A stretch of DNA of 64,000 nt from Promethearchaeota archaeon (GTDB lineage: Archaea > Asgardarchaeota > Lokiarchaeia > Sigyniarchaeales > SOKP01): assembly GCA_016840085.1 (NCBI GenBank), contig JAEOTA010000081.1:64001-128000 (forward strand), written 5' to 3'. Positions 20,750-29,664 of the stretch are shown here, piece after piece. Within the stretch, counting starts at the first letter, position 1. The number at the start of each line of letters is the position of its first letter. The notes under the pieces are model-generated. The model saw nothing but the letters and a program-made list of their open reading frames with translations, was not told where the DNA came from and searched no databases. The position numbers and the translations under genes are program-made.

Positions 20750-21514
20750 TTATATTTTTCCTTCTTTTATTAATTGTTTTGCATATTCATAATCTTCGTC
20801 AGTATCCAATTCAACCCATCCTCCCTCAATATCTACTGAATAGATAGAATATCCCCTAATAATAAGTTCCTCAAACATATCTGTTAAATAAGCTTTTTCA
20901 ATCGTAGTAGAATCATGGAAGCGTCCTGTAAACTTACAGGTTTTATTATTTTTTGCCCGATTGTAATTCCGGGTAAAAATCTCTGCTCCTTTTTTAGAAA
21001 TTTTTCCAAGGCCTATAAATTCTCCATAAGCAACATTGGGATTATAAAATTTAGAAAGGTGAGTTATTTTACCTTCTTTTACTAGAACTAATTCAGCTTC
21101 ATCTGTAGGATGCTTTGTACGTCCCTCATATCTTTCTCTCCAAGCTGTATCTACTACAAGGCTAAAATCATGAGCGGAATCAAGTAGTTTTTGAACAACT
21201 TCTTTGCTATAAAGGATATCTGAATATGTGAATATGAATTCATCAATCATCTCTGGCTCAGCGTAAAAAAGTGATTCTAAAATATTATTGTTATAAAAAT
21301 TATCATTATCATAATACCTAATATTTGGAAGATTAATTGTTTCTTTCTGATATCCTCGAATAATGACAATATCATTAATACCACAACTATAAAGAACCTC
21401 TAAAGTCCTATCAAGAATTGTTTTTCCTTCTATTTCTAGTAGACATTTAGGTTTGTAGTCTGTAAAGGGTCTTAATCTAGTACTAGGCCCTGCTGCTATA
21501 ATAATAGCTTTCAT
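20750..21514 (-). CDS. LicC/PntC-like cytidylyltransferase
   Basis: IAAGPSTRL..KPKC, NNILESL, YSDILY, GEFIG and WVELDTDED motifs. Confidence 0.9.
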   Translation of the reverse strand: MKAIIIAAGPSTRLRPFTDYKPKCLLEIEGKTILDRTLEVLYSCGINDIVIIRGYQKETINLPNIRYYDNDNFYNNNILESLFYAEPEMIDEFIFTYSDILYSKEVVQKLLDSAHDFSLVVDTAWRERYEGRTKHPTDEAELVLVKEGKITHLSKFYNPNVAYGEFIGLGKISKKGAEIFTRNYNRAKNNKTCKFTGRFHDSTTIEKAYLTDMFEELIIRGYSIYSVDIEGGWVELDTDEDYEYAKQLIKEGKI

Positions 21515-21683
21515 ACTTGAATACCTATTTTAAACATTTAATTCTAAGTAAAATATAAAATACAAAATATTTGTATAAAAAATTAATTATTCAATTAAAT
21601 CCTTTTGAAATTATTTATAATCTGCCTTCAAATTAGTTTTAAGAGATGGTATAAATAAATTACTTCTTGTTAAGAATTTTAAA

Positions 21684-23213
21684 TTAAGGATAATGTTTTC
21701 TTACATATTTATTAAAATAAAGAGGAAAGTATAAAATCCATACAACTATTTCTTTCCATCTTTGGGACAATTGTTTTCTTCGGGCTATAATTGACCGTAT
21801 TACAAACTTTAAATATCCGGTATTTTTAATCTGATTAGATACATCATTTAATTCTGTGTCTAAGATAATGAAACGTTTAGTGAACTTTTTATACCTACGG
21901 AACAACTTTTTTAATCCATAACCAGTTAATCTATTAAAAATTAGAATTGTAATGAACTTTTGATTTTTAGATGAATAAAAATTTTTAGTTTCAGATGGGT
22001 TTATCATAGAATTATTGATTTTAAGCTTTTCTCGAAGAAATTTCACTAATTGGGGTGGAAATTGATAAGGAATTAAGACATTCTCAAATTTCAATGTGGT
22101 TAAAATGCTTTGTTCATAGAGTGTATTCAAAATGGATTGAAACGTCCTGTAAGCTTTTGATTCTGTCTTTTTATAAAATTGAAATAATTCATCATATATG
22201 ATTGGATATTTTTCCTTTACATCTTTTTTCTCCAGATAATCTTCATACAAATTGTATAAGGCAAACTTTCCATTGTCATTAACTAATTTCCAATTATCCT
22301 GAATTATCATTGTTTTTTTGATAGATTGAAACATTAAGTAACAATCTCCTCTAACTTTTCTGTTCTTATTAACATCAACACCTTTTTCGATTAAATCTTT
22401 AAATGATTTTGATTCTCTCTCATGCGTAGCTTCAAGATTTAGATAATCAAGAATAGTTTCTATAATGTCTATTAAATAAACTCTATTTTTGATTCTTTTA
22501 GGAGGAGAATTCGTCAGAATTAATGGCAACTTGATAAAAAAAACTGGTTGCATAGAAGATTGATGTATATCATCAAAATGTAATAATTTAGTTTTTTTAT
22601 ATAAATTCTTATCATAATAACCATGGTCAGAGTTGATAATGATAATAGAATTATCCCAATAATCTTTCTTTTTTAAATAATCTATTATTTTGCTTAAAAA
22701 TAAATCAGTTTGAGGGTCACTTGGTCTAAAAAATACAAAAAGGAAATTGTTTTTATAACGGTTAAGTTCCTCAACCTTTTTGATAAATAAGTGATATACT
22801 TCCATCGCATTTAACCAGTGATCTCCTTTATGCAGGTCCTCTTCATAATATGGATTGAGAATTTCTTCAAAAACTATTACTTGCTCTCTTCCAAACAATA
22901 TTGATTCAATATTATAATCTTCTTTTCTTAAAGGAGCAATATTATTTTTAGATTTTAAACTTGGAAGGTTTTTGATTGAACGAAAATAGTCAGGAAATAC
23001 AAAATAGGGGAATCTTCCGGTTAGAAATGAAAAGAGCGATAAGTTTGTTGAGGAAAATTGAGAAATACAATCTTCAAAATAAAAACCTTCATTACAATCT
23101 CTTAGTTTTTTATATATTGGAAGCAACCCATGTAGATCAGATCTTTCATAATTGCAGATTGAATCAGTGACTATCCAAAAAATATTCATTGGGACACCTT
23201 TTTTTAATATCAA
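21684..23213 (-). CDS. Alkaline-phosphatase-superfamily (sulfatase-like) hydrolase/transferase
   Basis: NIFWIVTDS, SSTNLSLFSFLTG (no CxPxR), INSDHG, IDIIETILDYL and LYNL..D..E motifs. Confidence 0.75.
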   Translation of the reverse strand: MILKKGVPMNIFWIVTDSICNYERSDLHGLLPIYKKLRDCNEGFYFEDCISQFSSTNLSLFSFLTGRFPYFVFPDYFRSIKNLPSLKSKNNIAPLRKEDYNIESILFGREQVIVFEEILNPYYEEDLHKGDHWLNAMEVYHLFIKKVEELNRYKNNFLFVFFRPSDPQTDLFLSKIIDYLKKKDYWDNSIIIINSDHGYYDKNLYKKTKLLHFDDIHQSSMQPVFFIKLPLILTNSPPKRIKNRVYLIDIIETILDYLNLEATHERESKSFKDLIEKGVDVNKNRKVRGDCYLMFQSIKKTMIIQDNWKLVNDNGKFALYNLYEDYLEKKDVKEKYPIIYDELFQFYKKTESKAYRTFQSILNTLYEQSILTTLKFENVLIPYQFPPQLVKFLREKLKINNSMINPSETKNFYSSKNQKFITILIFNRLTGYGLKKLFRRYKKFTKRFIILDTELNDVSNQIKNTGYLKFVIRSIIARRKQLSQRWKEIVVWILYFPLYFNKYVRKHYP

Positions 23214-23330
23214 TTTTAATGTTTTTAATTATTTGAGTATAAATGCATTCAATGATTAATTAAATGATAAAAATTTATTGCATTATACTTAACTCTTAAA
23301 ACTATTATTCTAACTTAATTACTCACCATT

Positions 23331-24443
23331 CTATTGTTGCAAACATTTTTTATATGTATCTAAAACAGTTTGTGCGCTCTCTTTCCAGGAAAATTTCTTG
23401 ACTCTTTCAAGACCCTTATCTATTAGATTATTCCGTAAATTTTTATCACTAATTATCTGAAAAATTTTATTCGCAAGTTCATTTGGATCCCTATTATCAT
23501 TTAAAATTAGGGCAGCATCTCCTACAACTTCTGGAATAGCAAAAGCATTTGATGTAATAACTGGGCAACCACAAGCCATAGCTTCTATATTGGGTATACC
23601 AAATCCTTCGAAAAATGATGGAAATACAAAAACTTCGGCTAAATTTAAAAGCTCAATAATTTCTTCTCGAGAAATAAAGCCTGTAAAAATGATATCTTTA
23701 AGTATATTCTTTTTTTTTGCAAATTCAACTACTTTTTGATTTTTCCATCCTTTCCCTCCCAAGACAAATTTTAGATCTATTTTTTTTTCTTTTAGAATTT
23801 GAAATGCATTTAGCATTATCCAAGGGTTTTTTCTCACAGAATATTTACTCAAATGAAAAATAAAAGGTTTATCTATTCTAAACTTTTTTTTAGCTTTTAT
23901 TGGATTATCTTTATATTTTTTGAAATCCTTGTCTACAGAGCTATGAGTAAAAAAGATTTTATCTTTTTTCACATGGTATTGATTAGTAATAAAAAATTTA
24001 CCTGCTTTTGAACCCACAAATATGTAATCCATTTTTCGAATATAAAATGGCTTAATAATTCTTGTGTGCAACACTTTAATTTTAGAATATTGATATGGAA
24101 AATAGAATTGCGCTGCTCCTCCTCCATGGATTGAAGTAATTTTTTTTGGTTTTCTTAACCAAATAGGAGAAAATATAGTTATAGGGTAAAAATGAAGAAT
24201 ATCAAATTTTTCCTTTATAAGCTTAATTGTTGCTAATAATGGATTTTTAGAAATAATAAGTTGATCTGCTTTTTTATAAATTTCATTATTATTTCTCGAG
24301 TAATGTATAAGTACAATATGAAATCTATCATTAATATTTAAAATATTATTAACTAACTGTCTTAAATAACTACCACTTCCACTTGTTCCTTGATCTATTG
24401 GTTTTGTAAAAATCCCTACTTTTGGTCGGTTATTTGATTTCAA
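23331..24443 (-). CDS. GT4 glycosyltransferase
   Basis: RKN, FPSFFEGFGIPNIEAMACG and FSW motifs. Confidence 0.92.
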   Translation of the reverse strand: MKSNNRPKVGIFTKPIDQGTSGSGSYLRQLVNNILNINDRFHIVLIHYSRNNNEIYKKADQLIISKNPLLATIKLIKEKFDILHFYPITIFSPIWLRKPKKITSIHGGGAAQFYFPYQYSKIKVLHTRIIKPFYIRKMDYIFVGSKAGKFFITNQYHVKKDKIFFTHSSVDKDFKKYKDNPIKAKKKFRIDKPFIFHLSKYSVRKNPWIMLNAFQILKEKKIDLKFVLGGKGWKNQKVVEFAKKKNILKDIIFTGFISREEIIELLNLAEVFVFPSFFEGFGIPNIEAMACGCPVITSNAFAIPEVVGDAALILNDNRDPNELANKIFQIISDKNLRNNLIDKGLERVKKFSWKESAQTVLDTYKKCLQQ

Positions 24444-24472
24444 CTTTATTTTAACATTTCTTCGATTCGTAA

Positions 24473-25279
24473 TTAATCATATTTATTCGTAGATTGAAAA
24501 ATCTTGATAATATCCTTTTCAAAAGTTTTAGCTTTAATAATTATAAATGATGAAAATACAATAAACATAAAAATAGTGTAAACTATCATAATAATTTCTA
24601 ATATCTGTAAATAACCAAAATTCATATATAATAAGAAGCCAATGAAAAATACTGTTATAATGATATAAGGATGACTAAAAGCATTAACAAGATTAATAAT
24701 TAAACCTTTTATAAATTTAATAATACCTTTTTTTGACGATTTAAATTCGTTACTTTCTATTTTTCGATTAATAATATTTCTGATTTCACTCTTAGTAGAC
24801 GCTATCATGGCTATCTTACGGATTATTCTTATTCCTAATAAGAAGTAAGATGCTATTGCTCCTAAAATTATGTATAGAAATTTTGTATTGATATTATAAA
24901 TGCTATAACCAAGAGCAAAGAAAAATAATCCCAGAAAGATTAAATGTCCAATCTCATCGTAATAAATTCCTCGCAATGAAATTTGTTTTTTATATCTTGC
25001 AATCTCCCCGTCTACTTCATCAGAGATATAATATAGATATAATAATATAAATCCAAGGATAATAAAAAAGTTGTTACCTACCCCAATCAATAATAATCCT
25101 ATTAAACCAATTATAATACCGAAAACTGTAACAAAATTTGCAGTAATTGGGGTTTTTACTAATATCCAGGTGATATAAGGAGAGATAAAGTGAGGAAGAG
25201 AGTGCCACCAAGCTTTTTTTCTTTTTGTTCTTTCTAATTTTTTTCCCTGACAGATCTTTTTGAATTCTTTAAATTTCAT
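24473..25279 (-). CDS. CDP-alcohol phosphotransferase family membrane protein
   Basis: TANFVT and DEVDGEIAR(x8)GIYYDEIGH motifs; multiple TM segments. Confidence 0.87.
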   Translation of the reverse strand: MKFKEFKKICQGKKLERTKRKKAWWHSLPHFISPYITWILVKTPITANFVTVFGIIIGLIGLLLIGVGNNFFIILGFILLYLYYISDEVDGEIARYKKQISLRGIYYDEIGHLIFLGLFFFALGYSIYNINTKFLYIILGAIASYFLLGIRIIRKIAMIASTKSEIRNIINRKIESNEFKSSKKGIIKFIKGLIINLVNAFSHPYIIITVFFIGFLLYMNFGYLQILEIIMIVYTIFMFIVFSSFIIIKAKTFEKDIIKIFQSTNKYD

Positions 25280-25350
25280 CTCGCATTTTAAAAGTATTTT
25301 AATTTATAATATACTCACAAATTTTTCGAAAAATAAATTATTTATCAAAA

Positions 25351-25377
25351 TCTTCAAATCATAAATTTAATTTGAAA
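25351..25377. repeat. Recurring intergenic motif TCTTCAAATCRTAAATTTAATTTGAAA, copy 1 (TTCAAAT-N10-ATTTGAA inverted repeat)
   Basis: 26/27 identical to 35602-35628; partial copies near 26551-26574 and 26639-26661. Confidence 0.7.
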
Positions 25378-25432
25378 CTCATTATTTTTTTTTAAAATGA
25401 ATTAAAAATTTCAGAGATTTTTTACTTTTAAT

Positions 25433-25582
25433 ATGAAAGCTGAAAATATTGAGAAACAGCTATCTAAAGATAATACAGAGTACAAAAATTTAGCTACTAA
25501 TACATTTTACTCGATTTTAAAGAATTTCTGCAAGTATATAAAAACTTTTTTAGGAAGTTTAAATTACCAACACCAGAAATAA
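25433..25582 (+). pseudogene. Truncated 5' remnant of a flippase paralog
   Basis: Reads MKAENIEKQLSKDNTEYKNLATNTFYSILK, matching DNTEYRNLATNTFFS (26724) and RNLAKNSFYSIL (39067); stops after 49 codons. Confidence 0.8.
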
Positions 25583-25626
25583 AATCATTATGTAAAATAT
25601 TTTAATTCTTTATATATAGGTTAAAA

Positions 25627-26295
25627 ATGAATAATAGAGTTTTTATTTTGTGCGCAGGAGAATCCACCAGATTTGGTGGCAAAGCAAAGCAATTGATTAA
25701 AATAGATGGGGAAGAAATTTTAAGACGAATAATAAGAGTTTTAAAGCATTATGAAAGCATTAGCGAAATTTTTATTATAACCCATCGTGATGATATTAGA
25801 AACAATATAAAAGAATTAAATGACAATAAAATACACTTTATAAACCCATCAAAAAGGAGATATACGCTTGAGTCGATGCTATCCACCCAAGATGAATGGG
25901 TTGATAGAAATATTATTTTACTTGGAGATGTTATATTTTCTAAAAATGGTTTAGAAAAAATATTAAATTCTAAGAAAGATTTTTGCTTTTTTGGAAGAAC
26001 CAAGCCTTATAAATATACCTTTAAAATAGAACAGGAGATCTATGGCATAATAATCCCCTTTAGCGAAAAAGAAAGAAGAATAAAAGATTCTCTTGAAGCA
26101 ATAGAAAATTCTACGGGAAAAAATAAAGGAAAGCTAAATAGTCTTTTTTTCTATTTAGAAAAACAAGAGAAAAGCAAAAGGTTTTTTCGTGAAATAAATT
26201 GGGTTGAAATTAACGATACAACTGAAGATATTGATTCTAAAGAAGACTTAGAACAATTTAAGAAAAATATAATAGATAAAAATTTATTAGATTGA
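25627..26295 (+). CDS. Nucleotidyltransferase (NTP_transf_3-like)
   Basis: ILCAGESTRFGG..KQL, LLGDV and EDIDSKEDL motifs. Confidence 0.8.
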   Translation: MNNRVFILCAGESTRFGGKAKQLIKIDGEEILRRIIRVLKHYESISEIFIITHRDDIRNNIKELNDNKIHFINPSKRRYTLESMLSTQDEWVDRNIILLGDVIFSKNGLEKILNSKKDFCFFGRTKPYKYTFKIEQEIYGIIIPFSEKERRIKDSLEAIENSTGKNKGKLNSLFFYLEKQEKSKRFFREINWVEINDTTEDIDSKEDLEQFKKNIIDKNLLD

Positions 26296-26723
26296 AATTA
26301 TAAGTCCGATTTAGCAAGATTATAATATTATTTAAAATTGAAAATAAATTTTTCTTCATCACAAGAAGTGTAAATAGGTATTTTCTCATTTTCAACGTGA
26401 TAAACTTAAATTCTTCTTAAAATTTTCTTAAATCATAAAGTTAATAAAATTTGAAGGAGATTTTTTATGGATTCAGAATTGATTCCAGTACATATAGGCT
26501 GGAAAGACTCCTTTTCTACCTTTTATATAGAGCTTGCTTCTTTAGGTGTCCTCAATCATAAATTTAATTTGAAATTTTAAAAGATTACTTTATACTTAAT
26601 GAGACTTTCAAGATCAATTTCTTTAGAAAGTATTAATTTCATAAACTTAATTTGAGATTCATAATTTTCTTTTTTTAATTTAATTTCATATTACATTTCA
26701 TTCTTAAATTATAACAGAGTATC

Positions 26724-28352
26724 ATGACGAATCAGTCAGCTAGAGATAATACAGAATATAGAAATTTAGCTACAAATACATTTTTTTCCTTTATGTTTAA
26801 TTACAGTTCTCTTTTTTTTACATTCATATATTCATTTCTTTTAGCACGATTGTTTACTGACGCTTTGTGGGGGCTTCTAATATTGGCTACATCATATATC
26901 ATAATAATAGTAACCATTACCTCTTTATTACCACCAGGTCTTAATTTTGTGTTAAATTATTATATTCCAAGATATCTAATATTAAATGAAAAAGTTAAGA
27001 TAAAATCTTTAATTAGAAATTCAGTTATAGTAAAATTTTCTTTTTTAATTCCTATTTTCATTATCAGCATTCTCTTATTTAATATATTTAGCTATTTTTT
27101 TATAGATACTTTGGTATCTCTTTTTTTTATTTTATCCCCCCTCATTTTCATAAATAATTTTAACTTAATTGTTTTAGCAATAAACCGTAGCTTTAATAGA
27201 TTTAATTATAATTTCTTGTTCTTAGTATTGAAAAATTGTATTCATATTATACCTCTATTTATATTTTTTATTTATGAAATTAATATTGAAATAGAGATTG
27301 CTGCTTGGATAGTATTAATTTCAAGTATAATTCCCTTTTTGCTAAACTCTCTATTTGTATTTATAATGGTTTATAAAATTAAACCAATCGGAAATAAACC
27401 CGATTCATTTAAAAAAGATGTATCTAAAACGTTTAAATATGGTATTTATATAGGATTTACTGATCTTATCGAAAGACTTTCGAGGGAAGCACAACTTCAA
27501 GGAATTGGATTTGTAATATCACCAGATGTTGTTACAGGTTTTAATATCGCTAGAAATTACCAAAAATTAGGTGAGTATTCAATTGCATCTTTTCATTTTC
27601 CATTATTAACTTCTTTTACAAAACTGAACACAAAGGAAAATTATGAACAAATAGATATGATTTATAGAGTTGCTTATAAAATAACATTATTTCTATTGTT
27701 AATTATATCCGGAATTTTATTCTTTAGTGTTGAATTTGTTTTAGATTTTGTATTTCTTGAAGCGCGTTTAATATATTCGAATTTACTCCGTTTAATCGTA
27801 CTTGCTTCTATTTTTCAAGTTTTAGCGATTTTTGTACAAAGCCATTTCAATGCTCAACATAAAGTAAAATTATCATTATTTTTAAGAATATTCTATACTT
27901 CAATTAGTATTCCATTATTTTTTATAGGACTTTACTTTTTTGGGGTCGAAGGAGCAATATTATATGGATTAATTGTAGGGAGCATTCTTTCAATGGTTAT
28001 TCAGATTTTTGCAACCTATAAATTTGGAAACATCAAATTAAATATTAAAGGTATAATACTCCAATATATAACATTTTTTGTTCCGTTAATTATCACAATT
28101 TTCTTAAAAGAACTTATATTTAAAGATGCTACTTCAAACCTAATAGAAAATTTAGGATTATCACATTTTAAAAAATTAGACTTTCTATCTATAGGTACAT
28201 TCCTTATCCTCTTTATATTAATGAATTTAATTCTTAAAACTGTTACCTCTTCAGATATTAAATATTTTGAATCTTTCTTAAATAAAGAAAGATTTTTTGA
28301 TAAATATATGTTAAAAGGTCTGAATATCTTAAAGAGATTTACGAGAGATTAG
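26724..28352 (+). CDS. Oligosaccharide flippase (Wzx/MOP superfamily)
   Basis: About 14 TM segments; LLARL...WG and GVEGA motifs; paralog of 39067-40728. Confidence 0.8.
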   Translation: MTNQSARDNTEYRNLATNTFFSFMFNYSSLFFTFIYSFLLARLFTDALWGLLILATSYIIIIVTITSLLPPGLNFVLNYYIPRYLILNEKVKIKSLIRNSVIVKFSFLIPIFIISILLFNIFSYFFIDTLVSLFFILSPLIFINNFNLIVLAINRSFNRFNYNFLFLVLKNCIHIIPLFIFFIYEINIEIEIAAWIVLISSIIPFLLNSLFVFIMVYKIKPIGNKPDSFKKDVSKTFKYGIYIGFTDLIERLSREAQLQGIGFVISPDVVTGFNIARNYQKLGEYSIASFHFPLLTSFTKLNTKENYEQIDMIYRVAYKITLFLLLIISGILFFSVEFVLDFVFLEARLIYSNLLRLIVLASIFQVLAIFVQSHFNAQHKVKLSLFLRIFYTSISIPLFFIGLYFFGVEGAILYGLIVGSILSMVIQIFATYKFGNIKLNIKGIILQYITFFVPLIITIFLKELIFKDATSNLIENLGLSHFKKLDFLSIGTFLILFILMNLILKTVTSSDIKYFESFLNKERFFDKYMLKGLNILKRFTRD

Positions 28353-28410
28353 TTATTTTAATGCAATTTAAAAATAAAAAACAACATAATTAGGATAACA
28401 CATTATATTC

Positions 28411-29376
28411 TTATTTGTTCATATTTTTCCTTAGCCAATCATATGTTTTTTGTAATCCTTCATCAATACTAATTTGGGGATGATAATTTAATATTGTTTT
28501 GGCTTTATTTATGTCTGAATGTGTAATATCTACATCTCCTTTTTGCTTATCAGCGTATATTATATTTTTAGGTTTGTTTGCAATTTTAGACATTTTTTCA
28601 ACTAATTGATTAACACTAATAGGATTTGAATACCCTAAATTAAATGCTTCCCCTGAGGAATTATTACTCTCTGCTGCTAAAATTAATCCATTAACTATAT
28701 CCGAAATATATGTGAAATCTCTTAGCTGTTCCCCTTCACCATAAATAGTAATTTCTTTGTCTTGGAAAATAAGGTTTAAAAATTTTCTTATTGCCATATC
28801 TGGTCTACCTCTTGGCCCATAAACAGTATAAAATCTAAGAGAAGAAGTAGGAAGGTTATTTTCTCGAAAAAAATAGTCAACATACATTTCACAACATAAT
28901 TTTGAGATAGCGTATGGAGATATAGGGTTTTTAGGGTGTTCTTCATCAACTGGAGTATAAATTGGATTGCCATATACAGAAGAAGATGATGAATAAATAA
29001 CCTTTTTTACATTATTTTTATCAGCATATTCTAAGATATTGAGAGTACTAATGATATTATTATTAGTAATTTTTCCTGCATGTTCAATTGAATATCTTAC
29101 ACCTGGTTGAGCAGCAAGATGAAATATAATATCAATATCGCAATTAATTTCTTCAAAAACTGATTTATTTAATAAATCTCCTCTAATTAGATCGAAGTCT
29201 TTAAATTTTTCATAATTTTTAGTTATTTCTTCTATGTTTTCTTCTTTTCCGGAATAATAATCATTAAAATTATCTATTATTATGATATAATTATCTTTTA
29301 TAATTAAATTCTCAAAAAGATGGGAACCTATAAAACCTGCTCCCCCAGAAATCAAAATATTTTTATTTTTTATCAT
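28411..29376 (-). CDS. NAD-dependent epimerase, UDP-glucuronate 4-epimerase-like
   Basis: SGGAGFIG, HLAAQPGVRYS, YAISK, FYTVYGPRGRPDMA and RDFTYI motifs. Confidence 0.88.
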   Translation of the reverse strand: MIKNKNILISGGAGFIGSHLFENLIIKDNYIIIIDNFNDYYSGKEENIEEITKNYEKFKDFDLIRGDLLNKSVFEEINCDIDIIFHLAAQPGVRYSIEHAGKITNNNIISTLNILEYADKNNVKKVIYSSSSSVYGNPIYTPVDEEHPKNPISPYAISKLCCEMYVDYFFRENNLPTSSLRFYTVYGPRGRPDMAIRKFLNLIFQDKEITIYGEGEQLRDFTYISDIVNGLILAAESNNSSGEAFNLGYSNPISVNQLVEKMSKIANKPKNIIYADKQKGDVDITHSDINKAKTILNYHPQISIDEGLQKTYDWLRKNMNK

Positions 29377-29664
29377 AGTGATTTCAAATTCTTTTTTTTA
29401 AATAGAATAATTATTCTAAGGAAGAATAAATTAATTATATTACTAAAAAAATTCTTAAAATTGTCTATTAGAAAGAAAATTCTTTATAAATTCGTCCTAA
29501 ACTTAATAAAATTTATAAAAAATCAAAATATTATTCAGAGATTCAATTTCATAAGACTTTAAAACGTATAAAAGTAGTTTATTTAATTTAAATCAAGAAA
29601 TTAGAAAATTTTATGTGCTGAATCTTTTAAAGGATAAAATAACATCTTAATTCGTTTATTAAAA

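Noticed and set aside
29403-29418. Perfect 16-bp palindrome TAGAATAATTATTCTA
   Set aside because: Single copy and nearly all A/T; cannot be distinguished from chance.
29320-29562. 80-aa ORF (and the similar 35509-35721)
   Set aside because: Low-complexity K/I/F/L translation of AT-rich intergenic DNA.
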